The translations under genes were made by a program, and so were the position numbers. DNA of 64,000 nucleotides from Catajapyx aquilonaris (taxonomy: Eukaryota): NCBI GenBank assembly GCA_000934665.2, contig KZ538224.1, positions 62,001 through 126,000 on the forward strand, given 5' to 3'. Positions 12,467 to 25,550 of this stretch are shown piece by piece (positions within the stretch are counted from its first letter, which is position 1; each line of letters begins with the position of its first letter). The notes beneath the pieces are model-generated. The model was not told the origin of the DNA and made no database searches. It worked only from the letters and a program-made list of their open reading frames with translations.

Positions 12467-14346
12467 GTGCCACTCAATTTACGTGTGGCCAGAGAACAAC
12501 CCATGCTTGAGAGTTATTTAAGGCATTTTCGCGGTACGAATTATGAGGAATTTCTGCGGGAATCCAGGTAGGTTATGTATATATACACCTTTACGTGGCC
12601 CCAATTTCGGTTGCTCGGGATGCAGTGTAAATTTTGCAAAGCACCGCGGAAAAAGAGGGTAGCTGTAATTCGAGTTCATCTACACGCATCGCGCTCTCCG
12701 AGCCATTTGTTCGAGTCAAATCCAAGGGAAGTTGGGGAGGGCTGACCGTACAGGAACAGAAAATTGTTTTTTCGAGTGAAAAATGTTGAATTTGGTTCCT
12801 CTCTTCTCCTTGCCCCCGAAAAAAAAAAGAATGCGGGCCGAATTCTAAACGAAACCTAGTTATTCTTCTCTTGCTCTTTTTCTGTTGTTGGCGGGGCGTG
12901 AGGGAACCAGTATGAAGACGGGGTTGAATGTTTATCATTGTTTCATCTCGAGGACGGTTCCGCCGAAGTGAAACCGTGTCAGAATAATAAAGCGACAGTA
13001 GGGGAGGAAAACGCATAAATCCTGAGTGACCAGATAAGGTGGGCTAAAAGCAAAACACGCAGAAACATATTCAAATATTCAGTGGTACATTATATCTCCA
13101 CGGAAATGTGCCTGCTGCCCACCTATCGCACGGTCTCAAAATGACATATTAGACACGTACAATCTTGTAAATGCGATGAATTTGACAGGAGTGTGTCCCA
13201 CAGCATTGGGACTTGCCTAAGTGGTTATAGCGTGAAAATACCGAACAGACGGCATATTGATTACGTGCCAGAAGTCGTTGCGACCTAATAAACAAGAGCA
13301 GCACATTTTTATTATTATCAGGAAGCTAATTGTGAGGCGATAAATGAGCTTGAGCAATGCACCACCCTGTGTATCGATTGTGTGCATAAGTCGCTCCGAC
13401 CTAATAAACAAGTGCGTGTATTTTTCGCTTTATTCGCCACATGTATGCCGTGGGAAACGCGTTTTAATTTTGCGGCAGCACTTCAACAAAACTGCGAGCA
13501 TTACTTAGCGACACAAGCAGTTCTCGGCTGCTTCTCCCACGACAAGTTAATTCGCGGAATGTTTGAAATGTTGCGTGACTCCCCGAAATATCCACACACG
13601 ATTAAGTAAAGCAAAAAAAAAAAAAGTTCATTTAAAGAATTTATGGCCCCTAATAATTTATGACGCCAGCACCTGCGCAGATAAAAATGGGGAGCGCCTC
13701 GGGGAGGACCAGGAGCAATGACCATTTTTCTATTTCAAACCCTTACTATATACCTCCTGGTGTTTCCTGCATTTTCCTCAATCTTTATACTCTTCTCCAC
13801 CCGACGTAGAACATCCGACATCTACGCCCAGTGACACGGGAGCAATCTCTTCTCCTACCCCCACTATCCTCCAGCTCTCTCTCTCTGAATGTTTCATAAA
13901 CGCGAAAACTGCAACTCCTTGACACCTTTGACTTGGAATTGGGTTGAGCTTCTCTCACTTTTTCCAGCGCACTTGACTTGTTATCAATAAGTGCTGCTCG
14001 TAACCACACCCATTTCCAAGGGCGTTGATGGCTTGCGGGGGAGGTCTTCTTTTTTTTTAGCCCTGTTTTCCATTTTTGGCAAGACTGTCACCCGCCCCTA
14101 CCCCTGAGGTGCACTCACCGCAACACAGGGCTGCCAGGCCTTGAGTGATATCCCTGCTCAAAAACGAGCTCCATGGGAAGCGTTAAGGAAAAGGGCTCCC
14201 TTCCCCACACAAAAGTTGAGGCGTGTCATGATCTTCTGTGATCACATGCGGCTAGTTTTTTTATCAGTAGGATTATTCACACAGGACTGAAAAAAAGTGG
14301 CAGACCACAAATCGCAAAATTTGGCCAATTACTATTAGTATCGGTA

Positions 14347-14553
14347 CTAGCGAACAGTTACCAAAATTTGGCAAAACCTATAATCAGTATGGCAATGACA
14401 TTCCCGCCGTTTTACCACGTATTATTCAGTCACGCATACTGTAGATGGCGCATACTACCTCTGCACACTCCTGCCATCATCAGTTCGTGCGAGATATAGC
14501 GGTACTATCAGCTCGGACAAATATCCGACGGAGAGAATAAGCCTATTATAAGA
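14347..14553 (-). mobile_element. Helitron-like family A, near full-length copy
   Basis: Minus strand reads TCTTATA...tttgtcc...gtgtgcagag...gcgccatcta...ttgccaaattttggtaac (hairpin) then tgttcgCTAG|T. Confidence 0.75.
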
Positions 14554-15307
14554 AGGATTATCTGTATTGCTCGAAATATGAGTGACGCAATTAGTGATGT
14601 CAATGATGACGTCACCCTTTCCATAAAAATTAGAATAAAAATTAACCCCGACATGTTGCCCTAATTAGTTGCATTTGATTCAGCCAATAAACCGTACCAA
14701 TGGGGAGGGCTTTAATTTGCGATTTTTTGTTTGAAAAATAAAGTGGCGGTGAGGCGAAGAGAGAGCTCCCACTATGCAAATTAGTCGCGAATATTTTTTG
14801 CAGTGTTGGGGGAAGGGGGTGTTTTTTTCATTTGACAAAGCGCCGTTTGTTCCCTGTGCGTGTTTGGAGAATTAGTCCGTGCGCCTAATTCGCAATATGT
14901 AGAAAATTGCTGGCTGAGATGATTAGCTTTTGTTCATGAGGCAGCCAACCGGCCAGCTCATTTTAGCATCATAGTACAATTTCAGGAAATGCGATGAACA
15001 TTACCAGCTTCGTACTTATTAACCTCACTGGGACCGCACGTGGCTTTATATTTTTTTCAGAGGATGTCAGAGGAAGGGTGAACTGTTTTGATGGACATAA
15101 CGCGACGAAAATTTTGGCTGAGATTTTCGTACATCACACGGAATTATAAAAATATGGTTTGAACTGCACTCACTATTACGACAATGAAATTACATCATCA
15201 CTAGCTCCATACATTGTTTGAAAAATTAAATCAATAAGTGACAGCAGTAAATTAATTAATTGATTTTAATTCAAAAATTACAAATGAGACACATCCACGG
15301 AACTTAC

Positions 15308-15512
15308 CAGAATCGAAGTACACCTCGCTGATCATGATCCATCTGGCAGCAAAAAACAGGTGCATCTTGAGAAATCTTCCGATGAAATTGTGCAGCGGAA
15401 TAGTCACATTTCTAGCCCTCTCTAGCACCCTATCCGGCATGTAAGTGAACGTCAAGGGTCTTCCGTAGTACTGACCCCCAACGCTGACATAAACCTTTGC
15501 CTTTGAGAAGAC
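15308..15512 (-). CDS. Ddr: DDR exon (205 nt), end of discoidin-like domain: VFSKAKVYVSVGG...ARNVTIPLHNFIGRFLKMHLFFAARWIMISEVYFDS
   Basis: Acceptor tttttttacag|GTC, donor TCTG|gtaagt. Lies within ORF 15252..15539. DDR W-x3-S-E-[VI]-x-F-x-S motif present. Confidence 0.95.
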
Positions 15513-16124
15513 CTGTAAAAAAAGAAGAGAAAATAACACCAGAGGAGAAAAGGAGCAGTCAACATTTCCCCTTTTCCAGCCGTGTAACCTTTACTTATTG
15601 ATAAGTTGGATCCTGCAGGACTTGGTCTTATAAACATCTATTCTTTTCTTTCCCTGCTCCCTATTGGAATATAAGGCGTCCATGGATAACGCCAGGCGCA
15701 CTGTAACTCCCTATCTAACTTTTTTTTTTTTGTTTGGTTCGACTTCCATCGAATTTCTTCAAGATCCGGAGAAAGGGAAAATCCAGCCAAGGCGGAGAAG
15801 CCGGGGAAAAAAAAGTTTCTGATGTAACGGTTTGGGACTTTTTGTCTTTTTTTATGTATCACGCAGTTGGCGGAGTCAAGAACAGTGAGAGGCTCGCTGG
15901 GGGCAGTAAAGGTATCCTTTTCCAGAATGAGATTTCTGGGCTTGTGGCCCCAACATCCGTAAGACTTTTTGCTCGGAATAAGATTTGGTGAGAATCGTAC
16001 CTTAACCTTGTAACATGAAATTGGATGACGGGCAACTTTTTTTGTGGGGAAGGAACCATGCCCGGCTATCCCTTGAAGACTTTTTGAAGAGCACCATGGC
16101 GATTTATGTCGTTTTATCTCAAAC

Positions 16125-16330
16125 TAATAGCGAACCCGTTGCCAAAATTTGGCAACACGGCTCCCACCCGCGCCACGTGAAGGTAGTATGATATGCCACA
16201 ACCAGATGGCACGCATTCTCCCTCTCTGGACACTACTGCCGCCACCAATGTGAAAGCAGTACTACATGCACGTTAGTGATGAATCAACGCGTGTATGGAC
16301 AAAGTCACGCCCAGCCAATTCCACATACAA
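16125..16330 (-). mobile_element. Helitron-like family A copy
   Basis: Palindrome gttgccaaaatttggcaac near the 3' end; ccagatggcac, ctctctggacactactgcc, gtactacatgcac and agccaattc blocks. Confidence 0.75.
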
Positions 16331-18093
16331 TAATTAGGAATAATTTCCACTAAACTGATTCTTGTTGATTCGCTTTAAAAATGCATCAGATTTTTTCACT
16401 TTTTTTGCACAACCTGGGGCAACTTTTGCTCGCATTTTTCTCCCGCTTGGCTAAAAAAAATATTCTCATAAAATTTCATCATGAAGCGGCGGCGTCACCC
16501 ACCGGATAAAAATGGCTCGCAATTTATCTCCGGATCACATGTGGAAAGTCGGTCGGCTTGGGCTGGGGGACTATCAGCATAGTGTCGCTTCGTCCGTCCT
16601 GCGAGCTTCGTCCTATCCATCACTACAGAAAAGCCTTTGCTACTATCAAGCCCTTAGCATATATGCAAGGCTCCTAATCTCTCCTAGAGTTTTTTTTTTT
16701 CTCCCCCTCGTCCCCTCCCCCGAAAAGGATGCTACTTGTTCAGTGCCCTGAAGGGGTTCTGTGCTTTTTGCTGGGAGTTCTAGGTCTGGCCCATTCCATT
16801 TCTCGCCCGGGAAGGCCTCCCGTGTGTGAATGGGATAACTTTTGCCCTCTTATCTCCAGGCCTGATGAGGATAAAAACCTCTCAGTGCGCCATTACACGC
16901 TGCTAGAGTCGCATGCGATGTTTTTTTTAAAAAAAAAAAGAGGGGGGGGGGGAGGGATTGAAAAAGGGAACCGTCAAAGGCAGTTTTCTACAAGATGGTC
17001 CGGATAATGAGGTACAACAAGCACTTGCGATACTTTGAGCAGATTAAAGCCTTTGCTGTATATTTTTTAAAAAGGTGCTTATGATATGCCGGAGTGGACA
17101 GTGATATTCCATCAGACATGATCTTGGTTTGTTCACGCTCCAGTGTTCCGGAATGGAAAGTGAAAATGGGCACAAAGTAGCTGGAATCTACTCTATAAAC
17201 GCAAAATTTTGGAGTACCCACAGCCCTTCATACATGGTACGTCGTCTATGAAGCGGAACAAGTGACACGCCCGTTTGCCTGGTCCCAACTTTTTGGTGGT
17301 TGAGCGCAATTTTTTTTCCCGGACGCGCATTCTTTCTTCTGCTCTTTTGTAATTGGATAATGTTAAGTGCGGGGTAGTTAAGCCAATTATACGGTGCACA
17401 AGGTATAGGGTAAAGCTGGGGTAAAGAGAGCCAGAAATTGTGCTGGGCATGGTACATTAATTTATTCGATTCTACTTTCTGGTGTGCTGAATCTCAAACG
17501 AGCTCAGAGAAATTGGGTAGTGGAATTCAGCATATTTTCGTGAGAGTAATATAAATATTTTGATCCATAATTAATGATAGTTTGTCCAAATAGTTTAGTC
17601 ACAATTCGAGCGTATAGAATGACGTCAGTTGATTGTTTCGAGAGGCGAAGCATCATGAGGTTTGTAGCACGTTATGTACAAAATGCCAGCATTCCACAAA
17701 AATTATTTACGAAACTATACCGCAACATTCCAGTTCCGTGGATTACATTATGCCAAATTATACCTTTTCGTGCCATAAACGCGATGCGTACCACTTGGTC
17801 CCATTACCATTAGTTATTCTCCATTAAAAAGCCTATACATACTGCACACTGTAATGAGCATTTTTATTCCACAAATTATGCCCATCCAGTCACCGCTTTA
17901 AAAATGGTAATACAGGCCACTCCATTTTATGAAGTGGAGGGTTGGAATTATTGTATTTTTTTTAAAAAAATAACCGGAACTTCATTTAAATTAATCAAGG
18001 AACGCTATTAAGAGTACAAAAGGAGGCGATATTTTACGTTTTTTGATGACCACACATGGAGAATAAAAGGAGGACTTGACAGATGAAACTTAC

Positions 18094-18227
18094 CTGAACG
18101 TCTCTGGAGTAGTAATTATTTGAATACAGATGAACGGCGCTAAAGTTTCGGATCTCTTCAAACTCGAAAAGAAGTTCCACAAAGTCGTCCGGGAAGGAAT
18201 CGTTCTTCCAAGCCACCCAGCCGTTGC
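18094..18227 (-). CDS. Ddr: DDR exon (134 nt): NGWVAWKNDSFPDDFVELLFEFEEIRNFSAVHLYSNNYYSRDVQ
   Basis: Acceptor tttatgcag|GC, donor CAG|gtaagt. Lies within ORF 18034..18270. DDR V-x-W-x-N and FEF-x3-RNF motifs present. Confidence 0.95.
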
Positions 18228-21200
18228 CTGCATAAAGTAGGGAAATGAAGAAGAATTCTTGAAATTGCAATGACTTTTTTTTTCTTTCTTTCTTTTCTTT
18301 TACACCCCCCCCCNCCCCCCCCCGCTCCCACCACTTCCACCTCTCCTCCTTTTTTGTTTACCAAAGTTTATGATAACGGGAAAGGCCCTTTTCCCCCCGA
18401 ACCTAGAGGCAACAAAAATAGTGCTGCAGTCGTCTAAATGAGATGCAGTGAAAATAAAAGTCTGGAGATACATGTGTTTTGTAGAGCCCACACACACACA
18501 CTTTGCCGAATCGATTGGGGAGAACTAAGCGGTCCATTAACAGCATCCAAGTAAAACAAAGGGATGTAATTCGCTTCATTTATGCTCCATCCCGAAAATA
18601 AATGCAGGTATTTTTCCGTCTGATTTGTTACCTCTCTGTAGGTTTTTCCAGCGCGGTAAAACGAGCTTCCATTATACTTATTGTTCCACCATTTTTTTCG
18701 GGCTTGGGTCGGGTTTCGAGCCAGGGCTTTAAGCTCGGTTTTGGGAGCGAAATGTGCGATAATGCAGGCTGCAGGTGAAAGGATATTGGTCGGAACTAGG
18801 GCGGATGGAGAACTTATGAAAGCGATATATATCATTAGAGAGAGCCGAAAGTGAAGCTGTGATGCTGTTAGTCTCATGCAATTTACGACCGCTTCGGCTC
18901 CCCAGAATGGCAAGTTTCTGCAGCACTTTGAATTTGCACAGGTTTTAGGTATCGGTGTCAGCTCTAACGCCACGGATAGAGCTGCGGATCAGTAAAAAAA
19001 AAAAGTGCAGCTGCAAAGTTTCACGGCAGGTACTGGGTAACACTTCGATGGGTGAGGCCAGAAGAGTGCCACATTACTCTCGGACAAAAGCGATTTTCAT
19101 CGGAGGGGTGAGGTCCTAAATCGATCCCCCCCTCCCCAACCACCACCACCATATCCCCCCTAGAGAGGCTGGCGAAAAGTTTCATTAAAGTATTATGCTT
19201 TCCTCTCATGCCTCAGTCAACAGATCCGATTAAATGAGCTTGTCGAAAAATGGTCATGGGATTCCGGACTGCGCAGACTTCCACGCGACTTTTTTTCTCT
19301 CTCTCTCTCTGGGGCATGAAATGGTTTGTACTACTGCTTGGGCTGTGCTGTTTGCAATAAATATTACACTTAATACCACATTACTGTGAAATTTTGAAAA
19401 GTATGTAAGATGATGAATTTTTACCAAATATGCAGCCATGCGTCTCGAATACCTCAGTTTCACCTGAGGTGGTCTTTTATCGTTCTCCCCCCGAAGTCTT
19501 CAAATATTTTCTCTCGATTAAAGTGTTTTGATTGCTTAATATTTTACATCATATTATTATAAGTGTTGCCAATTTTTAGCAACGGGTCCACCAGTATTAA
19601 TAGATCTTGCATCGAGACAATGGAGCAGTTGAATAGTTCATACAAGTAATTAGCAGAAACCATACGTGACACGCCAGAATGTAAATTACCGCAACCTTAT
19701 TCGTCTCCGGGCACTAATTTGATTCATTGCTACTTATTACGCCATACACGTCAAAGCAACTCAATTTCCACACCATAAACATTTCTCGAACATACACCCC
19801 CTCCAATTAACTGCTATTATTATGGCTATGATTATTATACACCGCTCGTACACATTCTCATGAAATGTCACACTTGATTGTTCGATGCTCATTAAGCCCC
19901 GTATGCAACAACTTCATAAAAGAGAGACTGTGTACACATGCAAATATCTCGAGAAGCTTTAATATAGGCTATATATTTTTCTCCCATCACGAGACCTGCT
20001 TGTCTCTGTCCCGAGCACTGTAATAATGCGACTTACTCACAGCAGGATAGTACGTGTTGCATCTTCCAATACCTTGAAGGCTCCTGTTGCTCGCAGGTTG
20101 CCTTTCATCCTGGGTTTTCTGCCGATGGTTAATTTCGCGGTTCCCCCCATTAACTATAGTCCGAGACAGCTGCCAGACACCGCTTGTGGTGTGTATATTC
20201 CGAAAATCTTATTGGAGCCTGGGGCTACATTGTTGGCCGGGAACTATAATTAATCTTCCGGGGGACGGCCCCCAATGTTGTCAGGGCACGTCTTTTCCTT
20301 TGCCCGATCGGACCAGAAGGCTCAAAATCGGCAGAGAAAAGGAGGGGTTGGGGACATGATTCATTTACATTTTGATTGCCTGCTACAGACGCTGCCACTC
20401 AACATCTACAAGCCTTATCTGCACATTTTATGTGTATACTGATGAACAAGAGGGGAAGTTTTGTTGATTGTACTGTTACATTAGACTTGTAGATATTAGA
20501 GGGGGGACGTGTTTTCCTAACACGTGGCCACCAGATATGAGGAATATTAATCGTGTCAAAAAATTGGTGCGTAATTAATAACATAACCTAACCTATCCTA
20601 ACCTAACCCACATTGATTCAGAGATTTGTATTGTACCACTCTTTGCATATTTTTCTGCTGAATACCTGGTGTTTATGGCACGGGCCTGACATTTTTGCCG
20701 AGTTTCGTGAGAAGTAATTAGCCTGCATAATTAACGCGGTCATAATACCCGGGGGCCGGGGTTCAATAGGAAGAACCTTGGCATTCTTGCAGTTCCATTT
20801 TGTGCCGGACAATGCTCGGCTGCTCATAACACATGCCTGCGGACTCACATATGAAGGGCGCGGCTTTTCCACAGCATGACATACAGAATAACTGAGAAAA
20901 AGCAATATTGCAATTGCATGTCGGGCGAAATTCTTTTTAAAAATCTTGCACACTTGGCACTTTTTTTTTTTCCTTGCATAAATTGAGTCAGATGAGCCTT
21001 CTCCCAGGGATTAAAAAAAGCTGCATGGCTGCGATGAAAGGCTTCGATGCTATTAATCCCGGATCTCTTAAAAAAATTTTGCTGAACACATCGCTGATAG
21101 ATCTATTATATCGTTAAAAAGTCTATTAAATCGAGGGGGGGGGCGAAAGTTTCCTAAATCCGGGGAATAATTTCAGGGGGGGCCTCCCAAGATACGCTCT

Positions 21201-21799
21201 TAAAATTCTGTGGAAGTGACTAATTGCGAGGGGAAAAGCGCTTTAATTAATGGGTTTCCGTTGGGCTAAGATGATGAACAGCGAAACGTAATGTACTGGA
21301 TTAAAACTCGGCAAGTACAGGGAATGGAGACTTGGTGCGAATTTTAAAACTTCTTTTCCTCCTCGGATATCTTGATGCCGTTGCAAATGAAACTAAAGTT
21401 GAGCCGGGGTTGTAATCAAGACGAAGTGAGGGGGGGGGGGGCGAGGTTATAATGGGAATTTGTCAGCGGTGACCTCTTTTTTGGCGCAAAATTTGGTATG
21501 CGAATCGTGAATTGCTGCAAAAACGACGCTTGGGAGAACGACAAGAGCTGGACGTGCTCTGGGAGATATGTAGTGTTTATGGGGCCAACCCTCCCTTGGA
21601 ATGACCCGGAGCCTGCTGGGACCTGGACATTTTAACGATGCCAAATGTCACAGAATTGGCCAATCAAGACTACCCAAATCACTTAAACTGAAGCAAACAA
21701 AGTGGCACAACAGGGTACTGTATGTCCCCAAAAAATGTTTCGGACACTGAGACACTGCCTCAGCACTTTAGCAAGGTGAAGAATAGGTCGAACCAACCT

Positions 21800-21982
21800 A
21801 ATATTAGCACCTAACACTTTTGATAACTGCTAAAAGTGACTGTTTAAATCACAGCTTAAAATATTAGCTACCAATTTCGTAACCATGGTCTACTAAAAGT
21901 AACTATTTAAATCACAGCTTAATTATTAGCTGACAATTTTATAACCGCTAAAAGTAGCTATTTAAAATTACAGCGATAAAAT
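21800..21982. repeat. Degenerate minisatellite, about 3 units of 55-63 bp
   Basis: ctaaaagt...tttaaatcacagcttaa...attagct unit recurs at 21830, 21893 and 21948. Confidence 0.8.
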
Positions 21983-22441
21983 AACCAGATTAGTGCCAAA
22001 ATCACTACCGGCATTTGAATGCATTTATTGCACATTACTTAATATGTTTTTATTTATTGATGTTAAATTTAAAGTGTCCAGTTTTTCCTGGAATTGGTGA
22101 CGTGTGATCGGTTTATTCCGGTTTGTTTGCACGCTTCATCTCTTGTGGGACCCCCGTGCATAGTCCTGCCTCTTCCCTTATACTATACTTTTAGAGCAAT
22201 GACTTATAAATGTGTGCTATTAAAGGAGGGTTTGCAGGCTCTCGTTACACGGGCCCTCCTACTCATACATTCGGTTTAATTACGTTTATGACTGCGACCG
22301 AGTGCGTTGGACCCCGTTGCAGCATTTGGTCTGGGTGCTTGGCCCCGGACATTAACGCGACCGTTATGCAATGCTGGTAACATCTTACGTCGACCTGGCT
22401 GTGTTGCCAAATCGTCCAGTGATTATCAACACTATTTATTT

Positions 22442-22594
22442 TCATACAGTATATAGAATTGGCTAGGATGTGCCTCTGTTTGTCCGGGATGAGTAATCAG
22501 CTAGGTGCATGTAGGGGGCAGTAGTGTGCAGAGAGGATGCGCCATCTACGTGAAGGATGTGGTACTACGTAGATTTTGGCAAGGACCTGACTAG
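22442..22594 (+). mobile_element. Helitron-like family A copy
   Basis: TC...atagaattggcta...ctctgtttgtcc...tagggggcagtagtgtgcagagag...gcgccatcta...ttttggcaag...CTAG|T. Confidence 0.8.
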
Positions 22595-23726
22595 TTATTA
22601 ATATTTAACTATAATTAACTAGCTTAGCCCACTATAATCTCGGGACTAGTGCGGACTAGCTCCATGTTTCTGAATCCGACCCCTGGGAGTGTTCAGCTGC
22701 GGACACGGGGCCTGGGTCGACTACTTGCTGATCAGTGCAGGGTGTGCACTTAACACAATTATTTTGCCAGTGCAAATTTGAAACCTGCGATTATCTGGTC
22801 CCGAATTTTCTCAAAGCCTGGTTTGCTGCTGGGGAGAGAGAGGTGAGTTTTGTAAAGAGGAGTGGGGAGAGGTGCGGTTCCATGATTAAGGATGACCGCG
22901 AATTAGACCTTCACGACACCCAGTTGAGGAATGTTTGCAAAATTAATGACGGGTTTCAGGCCTGCGGTGCCCTTGTTTAATTTGGGTGGCGGTAGAGTTA
23001 CACGTTCATTACTCCCGGCCGTGTCCATTGTCCCAGAGCCGGCTCTTGGTTTCCATCGCAATTGTTGGTTTATCCGGATGAGGATTGCGGTGGCCAATTT
23101 CCAAGGCAGGGTATAGGGATGAGGGGGGAGGGGGAGGGGGGCGGGGGGGGGAAGAATACCCCCTCCCCGAAAGGAGTAATTTGCGGATATTTTGCACCCC
23201 AGCAATTAATTTGCTCCAGGGGGCGTAAAATACCCTCTTTCTCCTCGGGACACGGCATTTTACAGAGGATGGATTGAAGGGCATTTTTCGCACGTCATAC
23301 CCCATTGTTGTGCCGGATTCCTCGCTAATTTTGGGCTCCATTGTTTCCTCCGGTTTGCGAAACATGGTTACGACCAGGAGGTATGACATTGTTTGGAGCA
23401 CGGTTGGTCGCACAGAGCAAACGTTGCTTTTCACTGTTCTTTTTCTAGAGAGAGAGAGAGGGGGGGGGGGTGCAATATCGACTAATGGCAGCCAAAAAGG
23501 CCCTCCTACATCTTGAATAATGGAAAACACCCCCCTCCACTTTTGCCTCTACCAGATATTACAACGACGTCAACGTCAACTTGAACACGGGTTTATCAGA
23601 ACATATTTATTTGCCTCCTGCAGAGGCCAGAAAAAGACCTTCGACCAGAAGGAAGGAAAGTGATTGATCTATATTTCTTCTTTGGTTTGCCCAAAGGGAA
23701 GTGGCCGTCCACGATTATATATTATC

Positions 23727-23731
<5 letters not shown>

Positions 23732-23809
<78 letters not shown>
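23732..23809. repeat. (GA)39 microsatellite
   Basis: Perfect GA dinucleotide run. Confidence 0.98.
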
Positions 23810-23814
<5 letters not shown>

Positions 23815-24088
23815 GGCAAAAAGCTTGTTCCATCGGGCCCAGAACTTGATTAATTCCCTGACGGAAGTGAGTTCGCAAAAATTGTGTGCCCTTAGCATAC
23901 ATACAAGGTGGTACAGTGCCCAAGTTAATTTATTTTAGAAGCTAACAGTGAGATACGATACGCAAATTTGCCTCAACATGACCACCGTCTGCTTACTTTA
24001 ACATCAGCTGCAAAATCTTATAGCTAATTTCGGTATTTTAACTATTAATTAATTTTTTATAGAACAAGATAGGCAAATCATGGGAGCG

Positions 24089-25550
24089 TGTGATTCGAAC
24101 TCACTTTTTCTCATACGACACGATGCGATTCTACATGGACAACATTGTCAGTCTCGTTTCATGTCCACGGACGGACAGACAGCCGTTCTATAAGACTTTT
24201 TCGCATAATTATGAGAAAAAGTCTAAAGTTATAAATTATAATTTCCGTGGTCACTCCCTCCGGAAAATCAGTTTTGCTCTTTGGTCAACCGAGATGATAA
24301 GACGATATAAATTACTTTATAAATTCGTGTGTAATTAACAATAGCAGCTAATTTCTTGCGTTGCCATTCATTAATTTTATATATAAACTAGCAGCTAATT
24401 TGAATATTAGCACAATCTGCTATTTTCAGCAGTAGTTGGCACCAATTGGAGAGCTTCTTGCCATCACTAATAACCGCGACTTGTATCAGAAAAGTTTGAT
24501 TAATTTCCTGACGGAAGTGAGTTCGCAAAATTGTGTGCCGTGAGAATACTGGCTGCAAGAAAACGACTTTTTGCTGGAGGTATAAGGGTAGGTAGGGGTG
24601 TGTTTGAAATGGCATGCAACAAAAGGAAAGCTAGAGATACTTCAATTTGTTTCCAAGGCGGTGGGTGCAAATTAAAAGCACGCGGAGCCTCGAGGCGGTG
24701 TTATTTCGCGGTGATTGGCACAAGTGGCACGTGGCGCCTGATTTATCTCTCTTCCGTGGCATTTTGGGGGGTTCTATAGGGTGGGTGGGGGGGGGGAAGG
24801 AGAGAAACAGCTTCTGTATACGTATAATGCTCCCTGCCACACCACCATGATAATTTCTCGGGGAGAAACGCCCCCATCATTGCGTTGCGTGTTGGGAGGG
24901 CGGGAGCTCCTCGTCACCTTAGAGGTCGTTCATGTGATTGCCCGGATTTCATTCACAGGTGCACAAGTCTAGAGTGTTTCACAGGGTCTGATGGTCTTGC
25001 CAATATTCGTTCTCAGAACGAAAAGGATTCAAGTCCATGCCAATTTTACAATGGGAGGGGAAAGGGCAGGTAACTTCAGGCAATGTTTGTTTGTTTGTTT
25101 GTCCAAGTTTGGTACCACGGCAACCATGGCCGTGTGAAGACATGCGAGGGAACGTAATTTTAGACTATTTTTCATTGAAAAAGTCTCATAGAACTGCTAT
25201 GTCCGTCTGTCTGTGGACATGTATCAGGGTGTAAACCGCATGAGATAGCGACAAGCGGTTTTCGGATTCGGATTCAGCGGACCCTAAACAGGTTTCATGG
25301 TGAACTTCCTGCGACCGGCCACTTCAGGTTTTCCGGGTTCACTTTAGCCTATCCGCCAAGGTCAAGTCCACACGATTTAGAAATTAGTTTTCTTGAGTTG
25401 CAGCTTGGCCAGCACGGAAATGAGACTGACAACATTCTATGGCGTTGTTGTCCAGTTAGAATCGCATCGTGTCGTATCCTATCGTATTCAAAGAAAGTTG
25501 TCAGTTTCATTTCCCGCTGCCCAAAGAGAAAAGGTCTACTCGAATCACTC
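24089..25550. mobile_element. Two oppositely oriented fragments of a DINE-1/Helentron-like repeat (family D): about 24089-24182 and 25085-25550
   Basis: atacgacacgatgcgattcta...ggacaaca...tgtcagtctc at 24113-24163 is the reverse complement of 25412-25477. Both carry (GTCY)n-type microsatellites. Classification is inference. Confidence 0.5.

Noticed and set aside
20030..20130. Donor-like gtgagtaagt on the minus strand suggesting an extra exon
   Set aside because: The flanking DDR exons already join in frame with continuous homology, the peptide is not DDR-like and no clear acceptor was found.
21800..21982. CRISPR-like appearance of spaced repeats (also 60851-60920)
   Set aside because: Units are degenerate tandem repeats without unique spacers, there are no cas genes, and the context is a eukaryotic intron.
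23660..23938. ORFs with ERERER / SLSLSL runs
   Set aside because: They are translations of the (GA)39 microsatellite.
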